From an uncultured SAR86 cluster bacterium (GTDB lineage: Bacteria > Pseudomonadota > Gammaproteobacteria > Magnimaribacterales > AG-339-G14): 64,000 bases of DNA. Shown here one piece after another: positions 51,901-64,000 of this stretch; the stretch's first letter is position 1; every line of letters starts with the position of its first letter. The notes beneath the pieces are model-generated. The model did not search any database and was not told the origin of the DNA. It worked only from the letters and a program-made list of their open reading frames with translations. The translations under genes were made by a program, and so were the position numbers. The stretch covers positions 369,884 to 433,883 of the forward strand of contig CACDKN010000001.1 of assembly GCA_902553315.1 (NCBI GenBank), in the 5' to 3' direction.

Positions 51901-54900
51901 ATGAAAGACTTATTAAAACTATTCAATCAAGATCAATCCGATAATTTCAATTCTATTAAAGCTGGATTAGCTTCGGCTCAACAAATCAGATCTTGGTCCT
52001 TTGGCGAGGTAAAAAAACCAGAGACAATAAATTACAGAACATTCAAGCCAGAAAGAGATGGTCTATTTTGTGCAAAGATTTTCGGTCCGGTAAAAGACTA
52101 CGAATGCATTTGTGGAAAATATAAAAGAATGAAACACAGAGGAGTTGTCTGTGAAAAATGTGGAGTTGAAGTAACACTAGCAAAAGTTAGAAGAGAAAGA
52201 ATGGGGCATATTGAATTAGCTGCTCCTGTAGCGCACATATGGTTTCTAAAATCGTTACCTTCAAGGATTTCATTACTTCTAGACATGACCTTAAGGGAGA
52301 TAGAAAGGATTTTATATTTCGAATCTTTTGTGGTTACCGATCCAGGTATGACAGATTTAGAAAAAGGTCAGATTCTTGATGAAGAAGAATACTTTGAAGC
52401 TTTAGAAAATTATGGTGAAGAATTTTCCGCTGGAATGGGTGCTGAATCTGTAAAAATTCTTCTTTCAGAAATGAATTTAGAAGAAGAAATAAGTGAAGTC
52501 GTTTCTCAAATAGAAGGAACAAATAGTGAAGCCAAGATAAAAAAATTGTCAAAAAGACTTAAAATTCTTAAAGGTTTCTTATCATCTAGCAACAAACCAG
52601 AATGGATGATTTTAGATGTTCTCCCGGTATTACCTCCAGATCTAAGACCTTTAGTTCCTCTTGAAGGAGGAAGATTTGCTACCTCTGATCTAAACGATCT
52701 ATATAGGAGAGTTATCAATAGAAATAACAGATTAAAAAGATTATTAGAGCTTAGTGCACCCGAAATAATTGTTCGAAATGAAAAAAGAATGTTACAAGAA
52801 TCTGTCGATGCTCTTTTAGATAACGGAAGAAGAGGAAGAGCTATAACTGGGTCAAATAAACGCCCCTTAAAATCTTTATCTGACATGATTAAAGGTAAAC
52901 AAGGAAGATTTAGACAAAACCTTTTAGGCAAAAGGGTTGATTATTCAGGTAGATCAGTAATTGTTGTTGGGCCAACTTTAAAACTTCATCAATGTGGGTT
53001 GCCAAAAAAAATGGCTCTAGAACTTTTCAAGCCTTTTGTGTTTGGAAGACTTCAGAATATGGAGCTTGCTACCACGATTAAAGGAGCTAAGAGAATGGTT
53101 GAAAGAGAAGAACCAGTAGTTTGGGACATCTTGGCTGAAGTTATCAGAGAACATCCTATTCTTTTAAACAGAGCGCCTACACTTCACCGTCTTGGAATCC
53201 AGGCTTTTGAACCTACTCTCATCGAGGGAAAAGCAATTCAACTCCATCCACTGGTTTGTAAAGCCTACAATGCCGATTTTGATGGAGATCAAATGGCAGT
53301 GCATGTTCCCTTAACTTTAGAATCTCAATTAGAGTGTCGAGCATTAATGATGGCGAGTAATAATATCCTGTCGCCTTCAAACGGAAGGCCTATTATTGAT
53401 CCTTCTCAAGATGTTGTTCTAGGTATTTATTACATGACAAAGTCTAAATTAAACTCTTTGGGTGAAGGATCTATCTTTGCCGATGTCGATGAAGTTAAAA
53501 GAGCTTACGACTCGAAGCAAGTAGATTTACAAGCAATTATCAAATGCCGAATAGATAATTCTGATGGAACCACAGATCTAGTTGAAACTACAGTTGGTAG
53601 AACGATATTGTGGGGAGTAGTTCCTAAGGAAATTCCTTTCGAAAAAGTTAATAAACCTTTAAACAGTAAAGCAATTTCAGATCTTATAAATACTTCCTAT
53701 AGATACTCTGGTTTAAAAGCAACAGTGATCTTTTCAGACAAAATAAAAAATCTCGGCTACGATTATTCAACAATTTCTGGTTCGTCAATTTGTGTTGAGG
53801 ATTGTGTTATTCCTGACAATAAAGAAACGATTATTTCTCAAGCTCAAAATGAGGTTAAAGAAATAGAAGCTCAATATTCTTCTGGCCTAGTTACCCAAGG
53901 AGAGAAATACAATAAAGTTATAGATATTTGGTCCAGAGCAAATGAAGCCGTTGCCAGCTCTCTAATGGAAACTATTTCTAAGGATAAAGTTACAAATTCA
54001 GAAGGAGATGAAGTAGACGAGGACTCTTTTAATTCAGTCTTTATGTATTTAGATTCTGGAGCAAGAAGTTCTCCCGCCCAAGTTAGACAACTTGCTGGCA
54101 TGAGAGGTCTTATGGCTAAGCCAGATGGCTCAATAATTGAAACACCTATAACAGCTAACTTTAGAGAAGGGCTCACAGTGCTTCAATATTTCACTTCTAC
54201 TCATGGAGCAAGAAAAGGCTTGGCCGATACCGCATTAAAGACAGCGAACTCTGGATACCTCACAAGACGTCTTGTGGATGTCGCGCAGGATCTAGTTATC
54301 AGAGAATATGATTGTGGAACTAAAGAGGGTTTAGAATTAAGAACTATAATCGATGGAGGAGAAGTTGTTCAATCGCTAAGCGAGAGAATATTAGGAAGAG
54401 TTTTGGCTCAGGACATTAAATCGAAAGATGGAGAGCTAAAAATTTCTAAAGGAACTTTAATTGACGAAGAACTAGCTGAAAAAATTGATCATCATAAGAT
54501 AAATTATGCTCTGGTTAGATCTGCTATTACTTGCGAAACAAGCTTCGGTATTTGTTCTATGTGTTATGGAAGAGATCTTGGAAGAGGAAATTTAGTAGAT
54601 CCTGGTGAGGCGGTAGGAATTGTAGCCGCTCAATCCATAGGAGAACCTGGCACACAATTAACCATGAGAACCTTCCATATAGGAGGTGCGGCTTCGAGAG
54701 CTTCTGAAAACGATAAGATAGAAGTAAAATTTGACGGATTAGTAAAATACAAAAATATTAGCTCTGTAACAAATAAAGATAAAAACGAAGTATGTATTTC
54801 TAGATCTGCGGAAATACTTTTGCTCGATGAAAATGATTTTGAGAAAGAAAGATATAAACTCCCTTATGGCGCAACTATCAATGTAAAAGATGGAGCAAAT

Positions 54901-56052
54901 GTTAAAGCTGGAGAGATTTTAGCTAGATGGGATCCTTTAAACCATCCAATCATTTCTGAAGTAAAAGGAAAAGCAAAGCTCTTGGAAATGGAAAATGGAA
55001 TCTCAGTAAGAGTTGTTCAAGACGAGCTCACTGGCTTAAGTAGCATGGAAGTTCTTGATGCAGGAGAAAGAACTTCTGCAGGAAAAGATTTAACACCTAC
55101 AATTTCAATTGTTGATGAAAAAGGTAACGAAGTTCTTCTTCCAAATGGTAAAAGACCTGCTAATTATGTTCTTGAACAAAAATCACTGGTTAATGTTTCT
55201 GATGCAGAAGCAATAAACGTGGGAGATGTTTTGGCCAGAATTCCTAAAGAGTCGTCGAAAACAAGGGACATAACCGGAGGACTTCCAAGGGTTGCCGATC
55301 TTTTCGAAGCGAGAAAACCAAAAGAAGTTGCTATTCTTGCAGAGTTAACTGGAGTAGTTTCCTGGGGTAAAGAGACTAAAGGAAAAAGAAGACTAATAAT
55401 CACTGGCAAAGAATCTGGAGAAGAGGTTGTTAGTGAAACTTTAATTCTTAAAACCAGAAGTATTAATGTTTTCGAAGGTGAAACCGTCAATAAAGGTGAC
55501 GTTATTAGTGAAGGCTCTTTGAGTCCGCATGACATCTTATCCTTAAAAGGTGTAACCGAGTTGACTGATTATGTTGTAAACGAAATTCAGGATGTATACA
55601 GATTACAAGGTGTTGAAATTAGTGATAAACACATTGAATGTATCCTCAGACAAATGTTACGTAAAGTTGAAGTTACAGAATCTGGAGATTCTGATTTTAT
55701 AATAGGCGATCAAGTGGAATTTTCAGAGGTTGTTAAAGTAAATAAAAAACTTTTAGCTGAAGGCAGTATTCCGGCAAAATTTAATAGATTATTACTTGGT
55801 ATAACAAAAGCTTCTCTAGCAACAGAGTCATTTATTTCAGCTGCGTCCTTTCAAGAAACTACTCGCGTCCTAACTGAAGCAGCAGTAACCGGGAAAGTAG
55901 ACAAGCTTAGAGGGCTCAAAGAAAATGTAGTTATTGGTAGGCTTGTTCCTTCTGGAACAGGATATAACGTTGATACAAAAGAAGAGATAGACGTTGCAGA
56001 TCTTGAGTCTGAAATTTCAGAAGCAATGAACTCTGAAGAAGACTCATCTTAA
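51901..56052 (+). CDS. rpoC: RNA polymerase beta' subunit
   Basis: NADFDGDQM catalytic motif; N-terminal Zn finger. Confidence 0.99.
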   Translation: MKDLLKLFNQDQSDNFNSIKAGLASAQQIRSWSFGEVKKPETINYRTFKPERDGLFCAKIFGPVKDYECICGKYKRMKHRGVVCEKCGVEVTLAKVRRERMGHIELAAPVAHIWFLKSLPSRISLLLDMTLREIERILYFESFVVTDPGMTDLEKGQILDEEEYFEALENYGEEFSAGMGAESVKILLSEMNLEEEISEVVSQIEGTNSEAKIKKLSKRLKILKGFLSSSNKPEWMILDVLPVLPPDLRPLVPLEGGRFATSDLNDLYRRVINRNNRLKRLLELSAPEIIVRNEKRMLQESVDALLDNGRRGRAITGSNKRPLKSLSDMIKGKQGRFRQNLLGKRVDYSGRSVIVVGPTLKLHQCGLPKKMALELFKPFVFGRLQNMELATTIKGAKRMVEREEPVVWDILAEVIREHPILLNRAPTLHRLGIQAFEPTLIEGKAIQLHPLVCKAYNADFDGDQMAVHVPLTLESQLECRALMMASNNILSPSNGRPIIDPSQDVVLGIYYMTKSKLNSLGEGSIFADVDEVKRAYDSKQVDLQAIIKCRIDNSDGTTDLVETTVGRTILWGVVPKEIPFEKVNKPLNSKAISDLINTSYRYSGLKATVIFSDKIKNLGYDYSTISGSSICVEDCVIPDNKETIISQAQNEVKEIEAQYSSGLVTQGEKYNKVIDIWSRANEAVASSLMETISKDKVTNSEGDEVDEDSFNSVFMYLDSGARSSPAQVRQLAGMRGLMAKPDGSIIETPITANFREGLTVLQYFTSTHGARKGLADTALKTANSGYLTRRLVDVAQDLVIREYDCGTKEGLELRTIIDGGEVVQSLSERILGRVLAQDIKSKDGELKISKGTLIDEELAEKIDHHKINYALVRSAITCETSFGICSMCYGRDLGRGNLVDPGEAVGIVAAQSIGEPGTQLTMRTFHIGGAASRASENDKIEVKFDGLVKYKNISSVTNKDKNEVCISRSAEILLLDENDFEKERYKLPYGATINVKDGANVKAGEILARWDPLNHPIISEVKGKAKLLEMENGISVRVVQDELTGLSSMEVLDAGERTSAGKDLTPTISIVDEKGNEVLLPNGKRPANYVLEQKSLVNVSDAEAINVGDVLARIPKESSKTRDITGGLPRVADLFEARKPKEVAILAELTGVVSWGKETKGKRRLIITGKESGEEVVSETLILKTRSINVFEGETVNKGDVISEGSLSPHDILSLKGVTELTDYVVNEIQDVYRLQGVEISDKHIECILRQMLRKVEVTESGDSDFIIGDQVEFSEVVKVNKKLLAEGSIPAKFNRLLLGITKASLATESFISAASFQETTRVLTEAAVTGKVDKLRGLKENVVIGRLVPSGTGYNVDTKEEIDVADLESEISEAMNSEEDSS

Positions 56053-56066
56053 TTAGTACAATTTTA

Positions 56067-56095
56067 TTGACCTGAATAGAAAGCAACTTTAAAAT
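56067..56095 (+). promoter_or_regulatory. sigma70-like promoter of the str operon
   Basis: TTGACC-17 bp-TAAAAT. Confidence 0.7.
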
Positions 56096-56107
56096 CGCAT
56101 CATTTTT

Positions 56108-56479
56108 ATGGCAACTATAAATCAACTTATAAAAAAACCTAGGAAAATCAAGAAGGTAAAAAGTGATGTTCCTGCTTTAGGCGGCTCTCCGCAGAAAAGA
56201 GGAGTTTGTACAAGGGTATATACTACGACTCCAAAGAAACCTAATTCAGCATTAAGAAAAGTATGCAAAGTAAGGTTGACTTCTGGATATGAAGTTATTT
56301 CTTACATTGGTGGAGAAGGTCATAATCTTCAAGAACATTCTGTAGTTTTACTAAGAGGAGGAAGAGTCAAAGATCTTCCAGGGGTTAGATACCATACTGT
56401 AAGAGGAACTCTTGACACTACGGGTGTAGAAGATAGGAAACAAAGGAGATCTAAATATGGATCTAAAAAACCAAAATAA
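56108..56479 (+). CDS. rpsL: 30S ribosomal protein S12
   Basis: [13 protein letters not shown] and [10 protein letters not shown] motifs. Confidence 0.99.
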   Translation: MATINQLIKKPRKIKKVKSDVPALGGSPQKRGVCTRVYTTTPKKPNSALRKVCKVRLTSGYEVISYIGGEGHNLQEHSVVLLRGGRVKDLPGVRYHTVRGTLDTTGVEDRKQRRSKYGSKKPK

Positions 56480-56949
56480 TGCCTAGAAAAGGACCAATTC
56501 CAAAAAGAGAAATTTTACCTGATCCAAAATACGGTAATTTAAAGCTCTCTAAATTTATTAATAACCTCATGGAAAGAGGGAAAAAGAGTACTGCTGAGAA
56601 AATAATATATTCTGCTCTCGAAGAAATATCTAATAAAGCTAAAAGAGATCCTTTAGAAATCTTTGAAGAAGCTCTTGATAACGTTGGTCCGCAAGTAGAA
56701 GTAAAATCTAGACGAGTTGGAGGAGCGACTTATCAAGTACCTCTTGAAGTTAAGACATCAAGAAAAATGGCATTAGCAATGCGTTGGTTAGTTACCAGTG
56801 CAAAAAATAGATCAGAAAAGAATATGTCTTCAAAATTGGCAAATGAATTGCTTGAAGCTTCCGAAGGAAAAGGAGAGGCTGTTAAAAAAAGGCAAGATAC
56901 TCATAAAATGGCTGAAGCGAATAAAGCTTTCTCTCATTTCAGATTTTAA
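56479..56949 (+). CDS. rpsG: 30S ribosomal protein S7
   Basis: [12 protein letters not shown] and [10 protein letters not shown] motifs. Confidence 0.99.
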   Translation: MPRKGPIPKREILPDPKYGNLKLSKFINNLMERGKKSTAEKIIYSALEEISNKAKRDPLEIFEEALDNVGPQVEVKSRRVGGATYQVPLEVKTSRKMALAMRWLVTSAKNRSEKNMSSKLANELLEASEGKGEAVKKRQDTHKMAEANKAFSHFRF

Positions 56950-56957
56950 TATTTGTC

Positions 56958-59072
56958 ATGGCCGGTAGAAATTTCCCTCTAGACTTATATCGCAATATAG
57001 GAATTTGCGCTCACGTTGATGCTGGAAAAACTACCACTACCGAAAGAGTTCTTTTTTACACTGGGATCTCTCACAAAATTGGTGAGGTTCATGATGGAGC
57101 TGCAACCATGGATTGGATGGAGCAAGAACAAGAAAGAGGAATAACAATTACCTCTGCCGCTACAACGTGTTTTTGGAAAGGCATGAGACAAAATTTTCAA
57201 GAACACAGAATTAATATAATTGATACACCTGGACACGTTGATTTCACTATTGAAGTAGAAAGATCTCTTAGAGTTCTTGATGGGGCTGTTGTTGTATTCT
57301 GCGGAAGTTCCGGGGTAGAGCCACAATCCGAAACTGTTTGGAGGCAAGCAAATCGCTATAAAGTTCCAAGGATATGTTTTGTAAACAAAATGGATAGAGC
57401 TGGAGCTGATTTTGAAAGAGTTATTGACCAAATTAAAAATAGATTAGGCGCTTCTCCTGTAGCAATTCAATTACCAATAGGTGCCGAAGACGATTTTTCA
57501 GGGATTATTGATTTAATAAAAATGAAAGCTCTTTTCTGGGACGGGGATGATAAAGGAACAAGCTACAGAGAAGAAGAGATTCCAGATAATCTAATAGAGA
57601 AAGCAAAGAAATACCGAGAAGATATGCTCGAGTCAGCTGCCGAAGCAAATGAAGAAATAATGGAGAAATATTTAAATGATGGCGATTTGTCAGAGGAAGA
57701 TATACACAAAGGTTTAAGAGAGAGGACACTTTCAAATGAAATAGTTGTATGTATTTGCGGTTCCGCATTTAAAAATAAAGGTGTTCAACCTATGCTTGAT
57801 TCTGTTATCCAGTATCTCCCTGCGCCAACTGAAGTGGAAGCGATTCAAGGAGTTTTAGAAGATGGAGAAACTATAGAATCTAGAAATTCCGACGATGATG
57901 AGCCTTTTTCTGCTTTGGCTTTTAAAATAGCAACCGATCCATTTGTTGGAACGCTTACCTTTATAAGGGTTTACTCTGGAGTTTTGACTCAAGGAGACTC
58001 GGTTTTTGCTTCATCAAAAAGTTCCAAAGAACGAGTTGGAAGGATGCTTCAGATGCACGCAAATAACAGAGAGGAAATCTCTGAAGTTAGAGCAGGAGAT
58101 ATTGCGGCAATAATTGGACTTAAAGATGTGACAACAGGGGACACATTATGTGATTTGAAAAAAACAATTATTTTAGAAAAAATGACATTTCCTGAACCAG
58201 TCATATCAGTTGCCGTTGAACCGAAAACAAAATCTGATCAGGAAAAGATGGGATTAGCACTAGGTAGGCTAGCTCAAGAGGATCCATCTTTTCGAGTTAA
58301 TACTGATGAAGAATCTGGACAGACCATTATATCCGGTATGGGAGAACTTCATTTAGAAGTCTTAGTAGACAGAATGAAGAGAGAATTCGACGTCGAAGCT
58401 AATATTGGAAAGCCTCAAGTTGCCTATCGAGAGTCTATTAGAGAGAGTGTGGAGTCAGAAGGAAAGTTCGTTAGACAATCAGGAGGTAAAGGGCAATATG
58501 GTCATGTTTGGTTAAAAATTGAACCTCTAGAAGATAGTGAAAAAGAAGACGAAAAAGAAGTTTTCCAGTTTGTTAATAAGATTGTAGGAGGAACAATTCC
58601 TAGGGAATTCATTCCTGCTGTTGAAAAGGGAGCAAAAGAGCAGATGCAATCAGGAATTATCGCCGGTTATCCTTTGATAGACGTTAAAGTGACTGTTTAT
58701 GATGGTTCTTTTCACGACGTTGATTCTAGTGAAATTGCCTTCAAAGTTGCTTCTTCCATGGCTCTTAAAGATGGAGCCTTGAGGGCTAAACCTGCGCTTT
58801 TAGAACCAATAATGAAGCTGGAAGTTGTTACTCCTGAAGAATACATGGGAGACGTTGTTGGAGACCTCAATAGAAGAAGAGGAATAGTTAACGGCATGAC
58901 TGACGTGCATGCTGGAAAAGTTCTAGATGGAGAAGTCCCGTTAGCAGAAATGTTTGGTTATGCTACCGACCTAAGATCAGCAACTCAGGGTCGAGCAACC
59001 TTCACTATGGAACCATTGAAATATTCAGAAGTTCCTACAAACGTAGCTGAAGCTATTATTAGTAAAACGTAA
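56958..59072 (+). CDS. fusA: elongation factor G
   Basis: [17 protein letters not shown] and GMGELHL motifs. Confidence 0.99.
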   Translation: MAGRNFPLDLYRNIGICAHVDAGKTTTTERVLFYTGISHKIGEVHDGAATMDWMEQEQERGITITSAATTCFWKGMRQNFQEHRINIIDTPGHVDFTIEVERSLRVLDGAVVVFCGSSGVEPQSETVWRQANRYKVPRICFVNKMDRAGADFERVIDQIKNRLGASPVAIQLPIGAEDDFSGIIDLIKMKALFWDGDDKGTSYREEEIPDNLIEKAKKYREDMLESAAEANEEIMEKYLNDGDLSEEDIHKGLRERTLSNEIVVCICGSAFKNKGVQPMLDSVIQYLPAPTEVEAIQGVLEDGETIESRNSDDDEPFSALAFKIATDPFVGTLTFIRVYSGVLTQGDSVFASSKSSKERVGRMLQMHANNREEISEVRAGDIAAIIGLKDVTTGDTLCDLKKTIILEKMTFPEPVISVAVEPKTKSDQEKMGLALGRLAQEDPSFRVNTDEESGQTIISGMGELHLEVLVDRMKREFDVEANIGKPQVAYRESIRESVESEGKFVRQSGGKGQYGHVWLKIEPLEDSEKEDEKEVFQFVNKIVGGTIPREFIPAVEKGAKEQMQSGIIAGYPLIDVKVTVYDGSFHDVDSSEIAFKVASSMALKDGALRAKPALLEPIMKLEVVTPEEYMGDVVGDLNRRRGIVNGMTDVHAGKVLDGEVPLAEMFGYATDLRSATQGRATFTMEPLKYSEVPTNVAEAIISKT

Positions 59073-59083
59073 GATATTATCTG

Positions 59084-59112
59084 TTGACACAATCCCTCTG
59101 CCCCAATAGAAT
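59084..59112 (+). promoter_or_regulatory. sigma70-like promoter of the S10 operon
   Basis: TTGACA-17 bp-TAGAAT followed by a GC-rich discriminator. Confidence 0.8.
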
Positions 59113-59188
59113 TGCGGCTCTTTGTGCTTTTTATTAATTAAAAAGCTAAGTTCTTTAACAATTTTGTATTTTTTTTTAGAGGTATATT

Positions 59189-59512
59189 TTGCAAAACCAA
59201 AATATCAGAATTAGGCTTAAAGCCTTCGATAATAAGCTGATTGACAAATCAGCTAAGGAAATTGTTGAAACTGTAAAAAGGACTGGCGCAATCGTTAAAG
59301 GGCCAATTCCAATGCCTGTAAGAAAACGACTCACTACTATTCTTATCTCTCCTCATAAAGATAAAGATGCTAGAGATCAATACGAAATTAGAACTTACAA
59401 AAGAATAATGGATATTATCAAGCCGACAGAAAAAACTGTAGATGCTTTGATGAAATTGGATTTATCTGCGGGTGTAGACGTTCAGATATCCTTAGACGAA
59501 TTAACTAAATAA
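59189..59512 (+). CDS. rpsJ: 30S ribosomal protein S10
   Basis: [15 protein letters not shown] and [16 protein letters not shown] motifs; TTG start. Confidence 0.97.
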   Translation: MQNQNIRIRLKAFDNKLIDKSAKEIVETVKRTGAIVKGPIPMPVRKRLTTILISPHKDKDARDQYEIRTYKRIMDIIKPTEKTVDALMKLDLSAGVDVQISLDELTK

Positions 59513-59525
59513 TTAGGTATTTAAA

Positions 59526-60161
59526 GTGATTGGTTTAATTGCAACTAAAGAGGGAATGACAAGAGTATTTCACGAAAATGGTGAATCCATTCCTGTAAGT
59601 GTTATCAAGGTTGACCCAAATATTGTTTCTCAGATTAAGAACGAAGAAACCGATGGGTACTCCGCAGTCCAATTGTCTTCAGATGATCGAAAAGAAAAAA
59701 ACGTCATAAAACCTTACAAAGGTCATTTTAGTAAAAATAAAATCAATACAAAAAATAACATTCATGAGTTTAGAGTTACATCAGACAGTCTTGCTGAGAT
59801 TGAAATTGGAAAAGAATTTTCTGTAAATAATTTTGAGGAAGGTCAGTTTGTAGATGTATCTGGAATTTCTAAAGGTAAAGGTTTCGCTGGAACTGTTAAA
59901 AGATGGAATTTTGCTACTCAAGATGCAACTCATGGAAATTCCTTAGCTCATAGAAAACCCGGCTCTATTGGACAATGTCAAACACCTGGAAGAGTTTGGA
60001 AAGGAAAAAAAATGTCTGGTCACTTGGGTAATGTAAATAAAACGATTCAAAATCTGAAAATTGTAAAGATTGATGAAGAAAATAAACTGATTTTAGTCAA
60101 AGGATCTATACCTGGGCCTTCTGGCTCAAAAATAATTATCAAACCCGCGATAAAAAAATAG
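59526..60161 (+). CDS. rplC: 50S ribosomal protein L3
   Basis: [15 protein letters not shown] and [12 protein letters not shown] motifs. Confidence 0.97.
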   Translation: MIGLIATKEGMTRVFHENGESIPVSVIKVDPNIVSQIKNEETDGYSAVQLSSDDRKEKNVIKPYKGHFSKNKINTKNNIHEFRVTSDSLAEIEIGKEFSVNNFEEGQFVDVSGISKGKGFAGTVKRWNFATQDATHGNSLAHRKPGSIGQCQTPGRVWKGKKMSGHLGNVNKTIQNLKIVKIDEENKLILVKGSIPGPSGSKIIIKPAIKK

Positions 60162-60163
60162 AT

Positions 60164-60775
60164 ATGGAATTACCAGTAATTAATTCAAAAAATAAAACTT
60201 TACCTGTTTCCGATGTTTTGTTTAACCAAAACGTCAATGAAAATCTAATTTCTCAATTAGTCAATTCATTCATTGATAACAGTCATCAAGGAACTAAAGC
60301 TCAAAAAAATAGATCTCAAGTAAGTGGGGGAGGAAAAAAACCTTGGAGGCAAAAAGGAACCGGGAGAGCAAGAGCTGGTACATCAAGAAGTCCTATCTGG
60401 AAAGGCGGAGGTGTTACGTTTGCAGCCAGATCCAAGTCGTCGGAACCAAAAAAAATTAATAGAAAAATGTATAAATCAGCAATGAGATCTATTCTTTCAA
60501 ATCTAGCGAAGGAAAATAAAATATTTATCTCTCAAGATCTGGAAATAGCATCTCCAAAAACTAAAGAGCTTTCTTTGAAACTCAAAGAAATAGGATTTGA
60601 GAAAGGTCTCATAATTTATAAAGAGTTGAGCGACAATATGAGACTAGCTAGTAGAAATATTGCTAACTTAGAAGTAATCGAAATTAATTCTTTAAATCCT
60701 ATTTCTCTTCTTAAGAATAATTCAATTCTAATTGATAACGATTGCCTTAAGAATTTAGAGGAGCTTTACACGTGA
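60164..60775 (+). CDS. rplD: 50S ribosomal protein L4
   Basis: [14 protein letters not shown] motif. Confidence 0.97.
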   Translation: MELPVINSKNKTLPVSDVLFNQNVNENLISQLVNSFIDNSHQGTKAQKNRSQVSGGGKKPWRQKGTGRARAGTSRSPIWKGGGVTFAARSKSSEPKKINRKMYKSAMRSILSNLAKENKIFISQDLEIASPKTKELSLKLKEIGFEKGLIIYKELSDNMRLASRNIANLEVIEINSLNPISLLKNNSILIDNDCLKNLEELYT

Positions 60776-61074
60776 GCAATCTTTTTCCTAATCAAGTTAT
60801 TTTTTCGGGGCATATGACTGAAAAAGCCTCTCTTGTAGGACAATTTGCAAATGCGTACGTATTTAAAGTAAGTCCAAAAGCCTCAAAAATTGAAGTAAAG
60901 AAAGCAGTAGAAGAAGAATTCAAAGTAACTGTCAATAAAGTAAATATTCTTAACGTTAAAGGAAAGTTAAAAAGAAGCATGACAGCTAAAGGAAAAATTT
61001 CAAAAAAATCTAATTGGAAAAAGGCTTATGTCGCTTTGAAAGAAGGAGACAGAATAGAAATATCTCAAGATTAG
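60772..61074 (+). CDS. rplW: 50S ribosomal protein L23
   Basis: TEKA, YVFKV and WKKAYV motifs. Confidence 0.95.
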   Translation: MSNLFPNQVIFSGHMTEKASLVGQFANAYVFKVSPKASKIEVKKAVEEEFKVTVNKVNILNVKGKLKRSMTAKGKISKKSNWKKAYVALKEGDRIEISQD

Positions 61075-61076
61075 TT

Positions 61077-61901
61077 ATGGCAGTAATAAAGGCAAAACCC
61101 ACCTCACCTGGAAGAAGATTTAGAAGCATTTCTTCTAATCCTGACTTACACAAAGGAAGATCTTATCAACCTTTGACAGAACCTAATCTAAAGTCTGGCG
61201 GTAGAAATAACGCTGGAAGAATTACTACCAGACACATCGGAGGTGGACATAAACATCACTATAGAATCATTGATTTTAAAAGGAACAAAGACAACATTCC
61301 TGCCAAGATCGAAAGATTAGAGTATGATCCAAATAGATCAGCCCATATCGCTTTAGCTTTATATGCAGACGGGGAGAGAAGATACGTTATTGCTCCTAAA
61401 AATATAAAAGTAGGAGACGAAATTATTTCAGGAAGTTCAGCTCCCATAAGTATCGGCAACTCTTTAGAATTAGATAACATTCCCGTTGGTACAACCATTC
61501 ACTGTGTTGAGCTGAAGCCAAAAAAAGGAGCTCAAGTTGCTAGAAGTGCTGGATCCTCTGTCCAGTACGTTGCTAAAGATGCTGGGTATGCTTCTTTAAG
61601 ATTAAAAAGTGGGGAGGTTCGAAAAGTGTTAACTTCTTGTAGGGCTACGATTGGAGAGGTTTCAAATTCAGAACACTCTCTAAAGTCAATTGGTAAAGCT
61701 GGAGCAAAAAGATGGATGGGTGTTCGTCCTACCGTAAGAGGAGTGGCTATGAATCCAGTAGATCATCCTCATGGTGGAGGTGAAGGAAGGACTTCAGGAG
61801 GTAGACATCCTGTTTCTCCTTGGGGAACTCCAACGAAAGGGTTTAGAACAAGAAATAACAAAAGAACTGACTCATTTATCATCAGAAGGAGGAAGAAGTA
61901 A
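61077..61901 (+). CDS. rplB: 50S ribosomal protein L2
   Basis: Start moved to ATG 61077. EYDPNRSA and [13 protein letters not shown] motifs. Confidence 0.98.
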   Translation: MAVIKAKPTSPGRRFRSISSNPDLHKGRSYQPLTEPNLKSGGRNNAGRITTRHIGGGHKHHYRIIDFKRNKDNIPAKIERLEYDPNRSAHIALALYADGERRYVIAPKNIKVGDEIISGSSAPISIGNSLELDNIPVGTTIHCVELKPKKGAQVARSAGSSVQYVAKDAGYASLRLKSGEVRKVLTSCRATIGEVSNSEHSLKSIGKAGAKRWMGVRPTVRGVAMNPVDHPHGGGEGRTSGGRHPVSPWGTPTKGFRTRNNKRTDSFIIRRRKK

Positions 61902-62170
61902 TGCCTAGATCAATTAAAAAAGGTCCTTTTGTAGATCACCATCTTTTAGACAAAGTTGTTAGAGCTTCTTCAAATAATGACAGGAAACCAATAAAAACTT
62001 GGTCTAGAAGGTCATTAATTATTCCTGAAATGGTTGGCTTAACAATTTCTGTCCATAACGGAAGGGACCACGTTCCTCTTTCCATTAAAGAAGATATGGT
62101 TGGACATAAACTAGGAGAATTCGTTCTCACAAGAACTTTCAAGATGCATTCTGGAGATAGGAAAACTTAA
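61901..62170 (+). CDS. rpsS: 30S ribosomal protein S19
   Basis: [16 protein letters not shown] and MVGHKLGEF motifs. Confidence 0.98.
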   Translation: MPRSIKKGPFVDHHLLDKVVRASSNNDRKPIKTWSRRSLIIPEMVGLTISVHNGRDHVPLSIKEDMVGHKLGEFVLTRTFKMHSGDRKT

Positions 62171-62171
62171 G

Positions 62172-62513
62172 ATGAATGAAGTAAAAGCTAAATTAAGTCG
62201 CCTCCCAGTATCTAGCTTCAAAGTAAGATTACTTGCAGATCAAATTAGAGGAAAGTTTGTTTCAGAAGCTTTAGACATTCTCAATTTTAGTAAAAAATCT
62301 TCTTCTAAGAATCTAAAGAAACTTTTAGAGTCCGCAATAGCTAATGCAGAACATAACAATGGTTTAGATATTGATAATCTTTTTATATCTGAGATTTCAG
62401 TAGATGATGCTTTTTTGCTTAAAAGAATAAGGCCCAGAGCAAGAGGAAGGGCGGATAGAATTCAAAAAAGGTCATGTCATATTAATCTATCACTTAATAC
62501 GAGAGGAATTTAA
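62172..62513 (+). CDS. rplV: 50S ribosomal protein L22
   Basis: SAIANAEHN and RPRARGRA motifs. Confidence 0.97.
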   Translation: MNEVKAKLSRLPVSSFKVRLLADQIRGKFVSEALDILNFSKKSSSKNLKKLLESAIANAEHNNGLDIDNLFISEISVDDAFLLKRIRPRARGRADRIQKRSCHINLSLNTRGI

Positions 62514-63164
62514 ATGGGACAGAAAGTAAATCCAATTGGAATCAGGTTAGGCATTTCTAGAGACCATAATTCAGTTTGGTACGCAGAAAAAAATAAATAC
62601 CAAAAACTACTTCTAAACGATTTCGTGGTTCGTGAGTTTTTAAAGAAACGACTAGATAATGCTTTCGTGAGTAAGATTGAAATCGAAAGACCTTCTGAGA
62701 GCGCTAAAGTTTCAATTCATACCTCTCGACCAGGGATGATAATTGGTAAAAAAGGCGAAGACATAGATAAGCTAAGAGCTGAACTATCTGAGCTTATGGA
62801 AGTTCCAGTAAGTCTAAATATCAAAGAAATTAGAAAACCCGATTTAGACGCTCAACTAGTTGCGGCCAACATAGCAGTACAACTAGAAAAAAGGGCAATG
62901 TTTAGAAGAGTTATTAAAAGAGCGGCACAAAATTGCACAAGACAAGGTGCTTTAGGTGTAAAAGTGAGAGTTTCAGGTAGATTAGGTGGAGCTGAAATTG
63001 CTAGAGCTGAATGGCATAAGGAAGGAAGAGTGCCATTACATACCTTAAAAGCTGATATAGATTATGGTTTCGCTGAAGCAAAAACCACTTATGGAATAAT
63101 CGGCGTTAAAGTTTGGATTTGTAGAGGCGAAGTCCAAAAGAAGAAGAATTCAATCACTGATTAA
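62514..63164 (+). CDS. rpsC: 30S ribosomal protein S3
   Basis: MGQKVNPIG and GRVPLHTL motifs. Confidence 0.98.
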   Translation: MGQKVNPIGIRLGISRDHNSVWYAEKNKYQKLLLNDFVVREFLKKRLDNAFVSKIEIERPSESAKVSIHTSRPGMIIGKKGEDIDKLRAELSELMEVPVSLNIKEIRKPDLDAQLVAANIAVQLEKRAMFRRVIKRAAQNCTRQGALGVKVRVSGRLGGAEIARAEWHKEGRVPLHTLKADIDYGFAEAKTTYGIIGVKVWICRGEVQKKKNSITD

Positions 63165-63166
63165 TT

Positions 63167-63580
63167 ATGTTTCAACCCAAGCGAACAAAATATAGAAAAC
63201 AAATGAAAGGCAGAAATACCGGCCTTTCACAAAAATCTAATACGCTTGATTTTGGCGCTTTTGGCTTAAAAGCTACTTCAAGAGGTCAAATCACCTCAAG
63301 ACAAATTGAAGCAGCGAGGAGAGCAATGACTAGGCATGTGAAGAGAGGAGCTCAAATTTGGATAAGAATTTTTCCAGACAAACCTATTACAAAAAAACCC
63401 TTAGAGGTAAGACAAGGAAAAGGAAAAGGCAATGTTGAGTATTATGTAGCTCCAATAAAACCTGGAAAAATTCTTTATGAAATGGAAGGAGTAGATGAGG
63501 AAGTTGCAAAAGAAGCTTTCGCTCTAGCTGCTGCAAAGCTTCCAATTGCCACAAAATTTATTGCAAGGAAATCAATCTAA
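63167..63580 (+). CDS. rplP: 50S ribosomal protein L16
   Basis: PKRTKYRK and WIRIFPDKP motifs. Confidence 0.98.
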   Translation: MFQPKRTKYRKQMKGRNTGLSQKSNTLDFGAFGLKATSRGQITSRQIEAARRAMTRHVKRGAQIWIRIFPDKPITKKPLEVRQGKGKGNVEYYVAPIKPGKILYEMEGVDEEVAKEAFALAAAKLPIATKFIARKSI

Positions 63581-63768
63581 TGGCTAAAAAAAATATTGAT
63601 AAAAGCTCGCAAGAATTGAAGAAGTTGAACAAGACATATTTCGATCTAAAGATGAAACATTCTAGTTCCGCTCTTAAAGAAACTCATAAGCTTTCTGAAG
63701 CTAGAAAAGATATAGCAAGAATTAAAACAAAAATTAACCAAGAAAAGAGGTCATTAAACAATGGATGA
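63580..63768 (+). CDS. rpmC: 50S ribosomal protein L29
   Basis: RKDIARIKT motif; lies between rplP and rpsQ. Confidence 0.9.
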   Translation: MAKKNIDKSSQELKKLNKTYFDLKMKHSSSALKETHKLSEARKDIARIKTKINQEKRSLNNG

Positions 63769-64000
63769 TGTTAAAAGAACAATGACCGGCTCAGTTATTA
63801 GTTTATCAGGAGATAAATCAAGAGTTGCTCTCATTCAAAGAACAGTAAAACATAAGTTGGTTGGAAAAATTATGAAACGTTCTTCTAAAATTAGGTTTCA
63901 TGACGAGCAAAATTCTTCAAAGCTAGGCGACAAAGTAAAAATTAAAGAGACTAGGCCAATTTCTAAAACCAAGTCTTGGGAATTGGTTGAGATTGTGCAG
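63761..64000 (+). CDS. rpsQ: 30S ribosomal protein S17 (runs off the window end)
   Basis: Manual translation [12 protein letters not shown]...HDEQN...[18 protein letters not shown]. Confidence 0.93.
   Translation, partial: MDDVKRTMTGSVISLSGDKSRVALIQRTVKHKLVGKIMKRSSKIRFHDEQNSSKLGDKVKIKETRPISKTKSWELVEIVQ

Overview
AT-rich, densely packed chromosome segment from a streamlined gammaproteobacterium. Gene content and order look SAR86-like, but that placement is an inference. Most of the window is core genes: leuS, accC/accB/aroQ, ilvD, trxA-rho, bamD/rluD, ilvIHC, coaE-yacG, rnr-rlmB-lpxC-secA-argJ, birA, tuf-secE-nusG-rplKAJL-rpoBC-rpsLG-fusA and the start of the S10 operon, plus six tRNAs. The standout region is 15.5-23.4 kb, where two defence cassettes sit in tandem behind tRNA-Ile(GAT). 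Cassette 1 carries a Type I R-M system; cassette 2 carries an SRA-like/HNH nuclease and a small ORF. Each cassette ends in a copy of the tRNA 3' half, and nine copies of the 10-mer TATRCACAGT are arranged like tyrosine-integrase arm sites. I find no integrase in the window. By my manual scan the whole ~7.9 kb has no RGCY tetramer, although RGCY is abundant in the flanking host DNA. I read this as a non-autonomous, tRNA-anchored, integron-like defence-cassette array. Other oddities are tRNA-Trp overlapping the tuf stop codon, a palindromic bidirectional -10 element between two apparently leaderless genes, and a probable furan-fatty-acid cluster. All calls come from reading motifs by eye; no database searches were run.
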